A stretch of 32,000 nt of DNA, from NCBI RefSeq assembly GCF_000400465.1, contig NW_008806276.1, positions 60,001 to 92,000 of the forward strand, read 5' to 3'. This document shows positions 1 through 8,938 of the stretch, in pieces (the stretch's first letter is position 1; each line of letters begins with the position of its first letter). The position numbers and the translations under genes were made by a program. Source of the stretch: Wallemia ichthyophaga EXF-994. Lineage: Eukaryota > Fungi > Basidiomycota. The notes under the pieces were generated by a model. That model did no database searches. It was not told where the DNA came from and saw only the letters and a list, made by a program, of their open reading frames with translations.

Positions 1-10
1 TCCTACTCAG

Positions 11-497
11 GTACCCCGCACGCGTATTCCCCGGTGATACCTACTGTTATTTCGCCGGCATGGCATTTGCGATAGTGGCGGTCTTAGGGCATTTCTCCAA
101 AACGTTGCTACTTTTCTTCCTACCGCAAGTGATCAATTTCGGTTTGTCGACCCCGCAGCTATTCGGACTGATGGCATGTCCGCGGCACCGTGTGCCGCGG
201 TATGTGCATGGCACGGGAGTACTTGAACCGAGTCGGGCGTATTTCGACAAGCCGCCCGCCTTCTATGTGAGCGTGCCGCTGCGTGTGCTGAGCGCCGTAG
301 GCGTTGTGCAGCTGGAGGTAGGCGGCAACGGACGCATTACTTGCTCTACTAACCTCACCCTCCTCAACGCCTTCCTCTGTCTCTTTGGCAAAATGTCGGA
401 GCGTCAACTCGCTTCTGTCACCGTCGTCTTCCAAGTTGCTTGTTCTGTCCTCGCTTTTGCTGTTAGATATGGCTTGGCGGGGTTGGTGTATGATTAG
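11..497 (+). CDS. ALG7: 3' exon of UDP-GlcNAc:dolichyl-phosphate GlcNAc-1-phosphotransferase (partial; 5' part lies outside the window)
   Basis: After the acceptor ctcag at 6-10 the frame reads YPARVFPGDTYCYFAGMAFAIVAVLGHFSKTLLLFFLPQVINFGLSTPQLFGLMACPRHRVPR. FPGDTY, GHFSKT and CPRHR are hallmark GPT/DPAGT1 motifs. Stop TAG at 495-497. Confidence 0.93.
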
Positions 498-737
498 ATG
501 TAAGTGTAAGTGTAGATATAGATATAGATGGTTTGCGTGTGCATCGAGTGTGTCGCGTGTATTGCATGCCAAGAAATTTATAATATTCACGTCCGCTCCC
601 GCTGTGGCTGCTTATCTTGTACCAGCACAGCGAACAAAGCACACACTACAACTTAAATATAAAGACAATGGTAAAAATCGGCAGACTAGATTTAAGCAGA
701 CCGCCGTCGATTCTGCCTAAATTTCTACAGCATCCGT

Positions 738-1742
738 ATGCGCGTCGCTTCGAGGGGAACGAGAGTGAGTAGGGGATGTGCGAGCGAGGAGAAGAAACGC
801 ACCGCTAACACAGCCACAGAGTACGTGACGAGTCGGTGGAAATTTGGAGTGAGTTATGCGATGGACTGGGTGATCTGCGCAGCGTTGCTAGGGTTGCTGT
901 ACATCATCAACAATGTCCACGGGTACTGGCGGGAATTCGACCTGAACGATGCGAGTATACGCCACTCGCACACGGAGGATGAGCGCGTACCCCTGTGGTT
1001 GCTGGGTATACTCATAGGACTGGTACCGATCGTGGCCAAGATTCTGCTCAGCACGCAATGGTATCGCTCTTACACGGATCTGCACCACGCGCTGCTTGGC
1101 TTTCTCCTCACAGCTGGTCTCACTCTCTCCACTACCACTGCCGTTAAGGTGCTCGTGGGCAGACCGCGCCCAGACCTCATTGCCCGCTGTCAGCCGCGTT
1201 CTGGCGCGTCTAATGCAGACGTCGGTCTTGCTACTGCGGATGTCTGCACACAAACCGACTTTGAACTGCTCCAGGATGGATTCAGGTCGTTTCCCAGCGG
1301 TCATTCCTCCACCTCGTTCGCTCTGCTGGGCTACCTCAGCTTCTACCTCGCGGGCAAAATGCAGGTTTTCGACACCAAGGGACACACAGTCAAGTCGTGG
1401 ATCTGCTGGGCTCCCTGGATCGGCGCCGTCCTTATCGCAGTGTCGCGCACTATGGACTACAGACATCACGCTACGGATATCATTGCAGGCGGCGTTATCG
1501 GCACTTTCTTCGCTTACGTGTGTTATAGACAATACTACCCACATTTGGGTAACGCAATGTGCCACAAACCGCACAACACGAGGTATGTCGAGAGGAAGGA
1601 TGCTTATAGACTGCCGAGGTATCAGGGGGACGGGGTGGACAGTGTGAGTGAGGAAGGAATGCAAATGGGGACGCTCAATGGAGGTGGACTAGTTGGACAG
1701 GAGAACAGGAGAACAGGGACAACAGGAACAAGGAACGTATAA
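738..1742 (+). CDS. PAP2-family lipid phosphate / diacylglycerol pyrophosphate phosphatase (DPP1/LPP1-like)
   Basis: 334-aa ORF with all three PAP2 motifs (KVLVGRPRP, PSGH, SRTMDYRHHATD) and several hydrophobic helices. The true start may be a downstream Met. Confidence 0.92.
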   Translation: MRVASRGTRVSRGCASEEKKRTANTATEYVTSRWKFGVSYAMDWVICAALLGLLYIINNVHGYWREFDLNDASIRHSHTEDERVPLWLLGILIGLVPIVAKILLSTQWYRSYTDLHHALLGFLLTAGLTLSTTTAVKVLVGRPRPDLIARCQPRSGASNADVGLATADVCTQTDFELLQDGFRSFPSGHSSTSFALLGYLSFYLAGKMQVFDTKGHTVKSWICWAPWIGAVLIAVSRTMDYRHHATDIIAGGVIGTFFAYVCYRQYYPHLGNAMCHKPHNTRYVERKDAYRLPRYQGDGVDSVSEEGMQMGTLNGGGLVGQENRRTGTTGTRNV

Positions 1743-1758
1743 GATAGTCGATGCATCG

Positions 1759-2249
1759 TTATATTCTAATATACTGCTCTCTATTCGTAGCAAAGTAGCG
1801 GCTAATATCCTGCTCTAATGATAGTATATACGTCCTTAGATCGTTGAGTTCGGAGGAGAGTGATTGCTGTGGGAGAGTGAGCTGAGTAAAACCGAATAAA
1901 AACACCTACGATACTGGAATTAGTACGCGTATCCTTAACCGACAATTCCTCTGTCAGAGTTGATTTGAGAGTGTCAAAGTCGCCTTCTAATGCGTCGATC
2001 CTGCTGAATTTGTCGTTCAACTGGAGCGACTCATTCCTGACACTAGCAATATCCCATTTAATGCTCTCATTCGATTTCCTATAATCTTCCAACAGGTACA
2101 TGTATCCACCCATAGACGCAGCTACGAATCCAACGCAGAATCCAAGAACGCTGTGGGAGTGAGTGAGTGCGAGAATACACGCTGATCCACACCAACCCTC
2201 CTCTGAATCCTCCTATTGGTTTCGTGGGCCGTAATTGCGCTGAATTCAT
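1759..2249 (-). CDS. Conserved fungal small protein with one TM segment and a coiled coil (function unknown), 3 exons
   Basis: Spliced reading: MNSAQLRPTKPIGGFRGG|VLGFCVGFVAASMGGYMYLLEDYRKSNESIK...TNSSI|QSLSSELNDLRTYILSLEQDISRYFATNREQYIRI*. Introns GTTGGT..CACAG and GTAGGT..CACAG restore the frame. The KPxGGFRGG motif is recalled from basidiomycete hypothetical proteins. Confidence 0.72.
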
Positions 2250-2273
2250 CGTAGTTTCTTCCAAACGACGCTG

Positions 2274-3060
2274 ATGGGTGGGCGAGAAGACAGCCAGTAA
2301 ACACAATCTAACAAATCAACAAATTAAAGGACTCCTATCGATTATTCGTAAACAGCGCTACAAATCACGTGAAATGCGTTTCCTATTCTTGTGCGTCGCT
2401 GTGTTATCCGTTATCTGCTATCTAAGCACACAATAGAGGCTTAGACAACGCAGGGAAGACGACAATAATGAAACGCGTCAATGGCGAGGATATAACGTCT
2501 ATTTCACCCACTTTAGGCTTCAATATCAAGACATTTATACATCGTGGCTATACGTTGAATGTTTGTGGGTTGCTGGTGTGTATTCGGTGTACCTTACTCA
2601 TGGTACTCCTCTTCCAGGGGACGTCGGCGGTCAACGCACATTGCGCCCTTATTGGCGTAACTACTTTGAACAGAATGACGCGGTGGTTTGGGTGGTTGAT
2701 TCATCGGATACGCTTAGAATGGATGATTGTCGGAATGAGCTGTTCGATCTACTCAGCGAGGATAGATTGGCTGGTACTACCATACTGATATTCGCAAACA
2801 AGGTTGATATCCACGGTGCAATGAGTGTGGATGATATACGCAGCGCTCTCCAATTGGACAGCATAAAGAGCCACACCTGGAGAATACAGCCCTGCAGCGC
2901 TGTGACGGGTGAGAACTTGTTACAAGGACTCGACTGGGCTGTCGGTGATTGCTCTAAACGCCTTTACTACTCTTCACAGCCAGATTTCACAGAATCGAGC
3001 GGAGATTTAACAAAAAACACTCAAGACACTCAAGAAACACCACCAAAGCTGTTTGGATGA
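2274..3060 (+). CDS. ARL2: ADP-ribosylation factor-like protein 2 (Arl2/Cin4/Alp41), 4 coding exons
   Basis: Exons 2274-2277, 2330-2390, 2437-2564 and 2618-3060 give [31 protein letters not shown]...[18 protein letters not shown]...NKVD...CSAVTG. This includes the G1/G3/G4 GTPase motifs and the ARL2-type [10 protein letters not shown]. Confidence 0.93.
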
Positions 3061-3084
3061 TTATCGAATGCATGTTTATCGTTT

Positions 3085-3488
3085 CTACCTCTTTGGCGCA
3101 GCCTCTTCTCCATATCTCAACAAACCATGCACACGCTTGCCATGCTGCACCCTCGGTCCCCAAGCCCTGAATTCCTTCTTGGGTTTTGGTTCGTGCGCGA
3201 ATGAATCCGGGTACTCGCCCTGTCTAAACTTCTCCAGGCACCACAACAAATACTTCCTATCCCTGGTAGACAAGCCCATTCTCTCAAAGTCGATGCTCCT
3301 GCGGGTAAACAGCTGCTCCCAGTTCTCTACCTTGCACTTGTCCTGTAGATTTCTACCAAATGAGCTGAGCAAGGTGTGTGTATCGGTGAATTTTCCTGGA
3401 TGGCGTGTAAGTGGGTGCAAAACCAAGCAAATCACCCACCTCTACCCGATGCTATCTGTCTACTGGCGTTTCTGATCAACGTCGTCAT
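3085..3488 (-). CDS. FYV4: Mitochondrial small-subunit protein mS41/Fyv4-like (IGR motif), 2 exons
   Basis: ATG at 3488 gives MTTLIRNASRQIASGR (presequence-like). After intron GTGGGT..CCAG it continues GKFTDTHTLLSSFGRNLQDKCKVENWEQLF...RDRKYLLWCLEKFRQG...WGPRVQHGKRV. Confidence 0.8.
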
Positions 3489-3526
3489 CGTCGTCGTCGA
3501 GGTACAAGCCTTATATCCACACCACC

Positions 3527-4872
3527 ATGTCCCAACAAAACCAAGCTGTTATTCTAATCTCTTTCCCTGGCTCAACTGCCTACCAAGTCTATCAAGACCA
3601 GCGTGTCCCTCTCAGCGCCGGTGTCCTTGACCTAAGCCTTGTCAGTCTCAATTCCACCATCAACTACGACAACCCCACCGAGATATTCGACAGTCAAATG
3701 TCAGGCGGAACTGACTACTGGCTGGTGTTATCCATCAGGGGTGACGAGAAAGCGCACGCGTTCGAGCTAGCACTGCCATCAGGTATCCCTATAGACAGAA
3801 TAGGCGATTGTGGCTACAGCATCCCTTCGCCCACACTCCCTGATGCCTATATCGATATTGAACTCCCCGAGAAGCATTCAGACGAGGACAAGGAGAGCCT
3901 CGAGGTTATCCTCGGCTCCTACGCCAGTCTCCCCGTCCCACAAGCTCAGAGTGATTTGCGCGGCAAACTCTGTCTCGTCGATACCCAAGACGGCCAAATA
4001 TTAGGTTCGCTCGATGAGGCTCAGTCGGGCGCTCCCGTTGAAGACCCTTCACTGAGCGAGACGGGTAACGAAAAACACCCAGTCGTAGTCGATTTCCCTG
4101 ACCAGCCTGACGAATCCATCCGCGTATCTGCCGCTAAAGACCCCTCGCTGATGATTCGCAGCAGCAACTACGTCAGTCAGACCATTATCGGAGGTGGGTG
4201 GAGTCGAGCTGGTGTAGCAACGATGTACTAACACACTAACGCACACAGGCGGCAACCTCCTCGGAAAAGGGCTCGCAGCCGGCTCGCAAACCTTTGTTGC
4301 CAAGACCAAGACGGGCGAGAAACCGCTCGTGTTTTCGGAGAACTCGCGCAAGAACGCGGCGCGCGTGCACAAACTCACCGGTCAAGTAGCTAGTGTGTCG
4401 GCCAAGACGAGCGGTGTAATTGCCGACTCTGCGCGCGGTGTTGGCGCGTACGTCTCTGGTAAGGGCAAGAAAGACGACAAGGAGGATAAGAAGCCGGGTG
4501 AGTTTGTGTGGAGTGTGTTGCTCAACAACCAGCTAAAGTTACCCTTTAGGCTTCTTTAACAAGGCCTTCACGGCCGTAGATAACGTCTTCACGTCGGTAG
4601 AAGAGGCCAGCAAGACTTTCGTTAGCGATGCTTCCATGGCAGGGAGTGTTATGGCTGCTCATAAATACGGCCCAGACGCTGGCAAGGCCGTTAGAGGCGT
4701 CGGTGACTCGGTCCATAACGCCGCTATTGTCTACATTGACGTCAAGGGCGTGTCGAGAAAGGCACTCATCAAATCTGCTGGCAAAGGCGCCGTCTTTGGT
4801 GGTAAACAGAGCGCCGCACCTGCTAATACCGCCGATCCTTCGCCTTCGCCTTCTTTACCATCCAAGAATTAG
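3527..4872 (+). CDS. Spartin/senescence-associated domain protein, 3 exons
   Basis: ORF 3527-~4193, then introns GTGGGT..CACAG and GTGAGT..TTAG, join to GNLLGKGLAAGS...SAKTSG...HKYGPDAG...NAAIVYIDVKGVSRKALIKSAGKG. This C-terminal pattern is typical of the senescence domain. Confidence 0.78.
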
Positions 4873-5099
4873 ATATCTTTACGAGTTTTGTATCATGACC
4901 AATATTACCTAGATGCCATGCGGTATAGCACAATTCCTAAGAAAATCAGGCTGTTTGAATAATGATACACACGTTCAAGACTGGAAGAGCTGATAATGTA
5001 CAAAGCATAATACATGATTGTGATACCGTATGTTATTTGCGTCTAGGTGTATGTGAAGGCTATGAGGGCTACTTGTCTACCGGAGAAGAGTATACTAGT

Positions 5100-5850
5100 T
5101 GTACGTGTTGTCCTGTTTCCATGTCTGTGCTTTCTATCCGTCTATCCTCTCTGGTGAGCACAAGTCCCCAGCAGCTACACATGTTAGCTGTGTATCGAGA
5201 ATAAGAATGCTACAACTTACATATATCCAATGAGCGTAGAGATGAAGCAAAACTGCTTTCGTCAGCGAATAAGATCACAACAAAGCACTCCTCACAAGAA
5301 CAGCTAAATCGAGAAGAACGTTGAGCAGGGTTGATGTAGAATTGTTCAAGGCTGGTGGTAGGAAGAATGCTGAGCTGTTTATTAGACGCCATTGAGCAGT
5401 TGAATCACCGCACCAATCAAGCCACCGAGTTGATCAACAGCAGCAGCAGCAGCAGGATCAGCATCAGCATTAACAACATTTGCAATCTCAATCATTTACA
5501 ACGTTGGCTGCTCCACTTGAAGACATCCCTTTACAAACTCAACCGACATCTCGCAGTCACATCCGGTGCTTCAGGCACCTTATCGACTGATTCTTGTGAC
5601 AGATTAAATTAGCCTGAGCTTGAGCTTGAGTTTCAAGTTGAATTAATTACGATAGAATTTACAGTAAAAGTTGAAAGTAACTTCTGTGCTCCCTCATTCA
5701 TTCAAATCCTACCCTCATAGCACCCTTTCCACTCGCTTACCATTTTTACGCCTCGTGATCTTGAGGCGCGAGACATTCAGCGGATTGATGCAGCGGCTTG
5801 AAACAACGGAGATAGCGATTTATGGAAAATTATGCTTATGGTCAGGAGGC
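5100..5850 (-). pseudogene. Degenerate remnant of a probable spliced, Leu/Ala-rich secreted-protein gene
   Basis: Intron-like elements on the minus strand (GTAAGT..GCTAAC..TAG at ~5220-5174; GTAAGC at ~5742). Fragments such as IANVVNADADPAAAAAVDQLGGLIGAVIQLLNG and STLLNVLLDLAVLVRSALL are broken by stops and frame changes. A diverged paralog lies at ~17580-18340. Confidence 0.4.
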
Positions 5851-6244
5851 GTATCAGCTAGAGTACTTCAAGACGCTTCATTCGAGTAGCTAGAGATGGA
5901 AGACAGGATTGAATGCTCATAGTGTAACTGAATCAGTGTTACATTCGGCATCCTGATCACCTATTATAAATCGTCCTTCCTGCCCTCTCCATGACTTAAT
6001 TTCACTGCTACCATCGCCCAGATGCAATCGATTATGTTGATTCTACAGCAATTAGACGCACCACGAGAAGGCCATTTTGATCTGCTTTCACTCCACTCTA
6101 CTCAAAGGATGTACCCATTTCGACACTGACAAGCTCGCGTCGATATACTGCGCCTCCTTTGACGCGAAGTATCATTCCTTGGTCGAGTGTATAAATAAGG
6201 CTGTTCTTTTTCACTATCTCTCATCCCGCTTCTGCCACTTAAGT

Positions 6245-6616
6245 ATGAAGTTTCCAGTCACTTTAGTTCTATTAGTCGCTGTTCTTTGTTGTCTTGTCGA
6301 AGCAGCCAAGCGCCGGGGGTACAATAGAGGCATCCTCGACAAGAAAGGTATGATGCAAAAGAGAGGTATCCTCGGTAAGAAGGAATTTGGCAAGAGATAC
6401 ATCCTCGATAAGAGCGAATACGTCAAGAGAGGCGGATTGACTGATATCCTGGACAAGAGAGATATCTACCGCAGACAAGAAAATAATTACGACTTCGACG
6501 AACTGACAGACATGAAGAGGGGTATCCTCAGTCGTCAAGATAACGATGACCTCGAGGAACTTTCAGCCATCAAGAGAGAGATTCTCAAGCGTCAAGATGA
6601 TGAAACGCTCGAATGA
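6245..6616 (+). CDS. Secreted Kex2-type repeat precursor (KEP-like), 123 aa
   Basis: ATG at 6245 gives signal peptide MKFPVTLVLLVAVLCCLVEA, followed by 8 KR sites separating short related segments (GILDK, GILGK, YILDK, DILDK, GILSR, EILKR). Confidence 0.8.
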   Translation: MKFPVTLVLLVAVLCCLVEAAKRRGYNRGILDKKGMMQKRGILGKKEFGKRYILDKSEYVKRGGLTDILDKRDIYRRQENNYDFDELTDMKRGILSRQDNDDLEELSAIKREILKRQDDETLE

Positions 6617-6801
6617 CTAGCTATTGGGTAAATATCAGGTCCACTCGCCATATTTTTAATATGATTCTCTGAATTCACGATTGTATGTTTTAGAAATAAA
6701 TGTTGTTTACTGTAATTAATGAAAGACATTAAAGATATCAGAGGGGTATATAAATAATCTAAAAGAGTGCAATAGCACTGACCGGACTCGCCTTGAAGGC
6801 G

Positions 6802-7119
6802 TCAGTACGAGAGCGAGTATTGATTAGTGTGTTTGAAATCATAGACCATTACGCTGAGCTCGTAGATGTAGTCGTTGAGGTCGTCGCGCTCCTGCTTCAA
6901 TTGCTTGTTGAAACTTCTCAAGTACTCAACTTCAGCTTTCAAGGAGGATTGCAAGCGTTGACGTTCGCCGTGCCGAGTATTGCAGCAGAGATGCAGAGAC
7001 TCCGCCTCATTCTTAGTAATTTCTGAGCCAGAGACATCGCGTACAATGTCTATTCCTGTTAGCAAGTGCTGATATAGATCACAATCAATCGTCTTACTTT
7101 TCTCGCTTTTTTGGATCAT
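6802..7119 (-). CDS. Hypothetical ~105-aa protein with C-terminal coiled coil
   Basis: ATG-initiated ORF containing LQSSLKAEVEYLRSFNKQLKQERDDLNDYIYEL. A 3' intron (GTAATG..ACTGAC..AAG) may extend it to a TAG at ~6759. Confidence 0.5.
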   Translation of the reverse strand: MIQKSEKSKTIDCDLYQHLLTGIDIVRDVSGSEITKNEAESLHLCCNTRHGERQRLQSSLKAEVEYLRSFNKQLKQERDDLNDYIYELSVMVYDFKHTNQYSLSY

Positions 7120-7363
7120 TTATGCAGTGAGGATATAAGAGGAGAAGAAACTGAGTAGACTCTGCACGGACTGCGTGGTCCCGCTCGGAATCCGCTCATA
7201 CGAATCTAGGGTGGTGAAAATCCGTGCCTGGAAACATCACAAGTATGTTTCCGGTAACAGTCGATGTTAAGCCTTCCTCAAACACTTGCAGATAAATGTT
7301 CAAGTAATATTGCGTGTATTATCTATCAACATCTCTATCAAGCTACTTATTACGAAGACATGA

Positions 7364-7704
7364 TCAGCTATCCTGCCTCTCGAGCTCATCTAGTACCTTG
7401 TACGCTCCCTTCTCTTCCAATGCCTTGATGAAAAGGATCCGTGCCATCTCGTCGTCCCCGAAGCGATGGAGCTTAAGCACCTCATTTCGGTAGTCAGGCC
7501 TAACTCCGAAAAGAGCGTGTGCAGCTGTATCCGTATCCAGCGAGAAGTTTGCGTTTGAGTGGGAGCGTGAATAACTACCAAAAGCACTCTTGATGTCGAG
7601 CATGTCAGGTTGATCTTCTTCGATAGCAAAATTAAACTTACAGATACCGGAGCAGCAAGCACAGAGCCTAAAACTATCCCAGTAAAGGCTGCTGCAAGCT
7701 TCAT
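7364..7704 (-). CDS. Small secreted protein, 95 aa, 2 exons
   Basis: Exon 7704-7642 encodes MKLAAAFTGIVLGSVLAAPVS (signal peptide). A 53-nt intron at 7641-7589 (GTAAGT..CTGAC..AAG) follows, then exon 7588-7364 SAFGSYSRSHSNANF...DELERQDS*. The splice joins two ORF-track frames in phase 0. Confidence 0.78.
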
Positions 7705-7906
7705 GAGTTGAAGATGTGGCGGATGTAAGTTCTCGCTGAGCAAAAGCTCCCGAGGGGGAAGCTTTCGGGTAAAAGCATACGCTAGCTCTTCTAATAATTT
7801 TAAATGATGATGTCATTTAATAATTAGGAGCATAAAGAGTCGTAAATGGCTATCATTGTATTATCGTAAATATTGGCACATTTCAATTACATCAAAGAAT
7901 CAAATA

Positions 7907-8506
7907 TTATCCCCCGCATGTTCCGTGAATAAGGAATCTCGAAAACCCTTCAATGTTTGACCTACCTTCGAGAAATAACTGGCTACCTCCGCAGGGAGTT
8001 TTGCTCCAATTAATAGTCTTATCTGAGTGATGATTAAGCACGGCATATCCATGCCAACTATCGTCAAAGTTTTGCTTTATACATTTAGTAGATTCCTTCG
8101 GTTTCTCGTTTGTTAATTTTTGGTTCATCGCACTTGATATCTTTTCCAAATGTGGATACTTGGTACATGAATTTTCGACGTGGAATTTGTAAGTGTTGTC
8201 TGATATTGCCGTTTCAATCACATTACATCTATATGTATACCAATCATAGATGGCAATGCCACTGTCATACGCAGCTCTCAGACCAAATGACAAGATTCCG
8301 ATAGAGAACCAGATTGGAACCTGATGCGTTGGAGAGCTATTGACAGGCAAATATTTAGGAAAAACCACGCGCATACTTTGAGATATAGAGTAAAAAATAG
8401 AAACATTTTCGAATGTCAAGCATTCATTATGAATGAAGTAGTTAGTGATAAGCTTGAGAAATAATGCTGCGCAATTGATGGCTATGACTTTGTGAATCGT
8501 TACCAT
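7907..8506 (-). CDS. Cys-containing CSS2-like / killer-toxin-like protein, copy A (199 aa)
   Basis: Hydrophobic N-terminus and internal helix, then C-x19-C..EKISSAM..KCIKQNFDDSWHGYAVL..PCGG. This resembles from memory the C..C..C-x7-WxGY..CG pattern of fungal CSS2-type domains. Not verified by search. Confidence 0.5.
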   Translation of the reverse strand: MVTIHKVIAINCAALFLKLITNYFIHNECLTFENVSIFYSISQSMRVVFPKYLPVNSSPTHQVPIWFSIGILSFGLRAAYDSGIAIYDWYTYRCNVIETAISDNTYKFHVENSCTKYPHLEKISSAMNQKLTNEKPKESTKCIKQNFDDSWHGYAVLNHHSDKTINWSKTPCGGSQLFLEGRSNIEGFSRFLIHGTCGG

Positions 8507-8938
8507 ATGATGAGAGTTGAGAGGATAGGACGCGACAGTGGATAGGCTGCTCGAAAGATTTCAATAATGATAACATTTCGTCTTTGACATTAATTCTGAT
8601 TACTTACTGAACACCCACTTCCAACTCCCAAACCTCTAGATGAGACGCTTCAATTTTAAACTTAGAATTCCATAAACCGTAATTGTTTATTCAATTTACT
8701 TGAAGCTCCTCCGGCTGAAACTTTGTGTCATTTTGTCTACGACAACAGGAAACGCCCAATATTGAGACAATGACGCATTAAAGTACACGCCTTTTTATTT
8801 GTTTACAAGCTTCAGCCGAATCACTTGGCAGTTTCATTAAATGACGAGATGTGATGATAGAAGTGAGAAACATCAGCCCAGCTGGCTTTATAAGAAGCGC
8901 TATATCTTTCTTTCTTCTTCACAACTAAGAAAATTGAA

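Noticed and set aside
499-530. Short hexamer runs (gtaagt, gatata) after ALG7
   Set aside because: An ordinary microsatellite in a 3' UTR or intergenic region.
888-1664. Antisense and alternative-frame ORFs over the PAP2, ALG7, MDM10 and RRN7 genes
   Set aside because: Shadow ORFs of GC-rich coding sequence with no recognisable motifs.
6077-6244. 56-aa N-terminal extension of the KR-repeat ORF
   Set aside because: It begins at TTG. The ATG at 6245 directly starts a classic signal peptide, and a TATAAATA element at ~6190 lies upstream of it.
7230-7252. 8-bp inverted repeat ggaaacat-N7-atgtttcc with nearby CGG/CCG triplets, upstream of the coiled-coil ORF
   Set aside because: It could be a factor-binding site, but a single short palindrome is expected by chance and there is no supporting evidence.
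7364-7816. Unspliced 150-aa and 117-aa ORFs from the track
   Set aside because: Both are better explained as two halves of one spliced 95-aa secreted protein.
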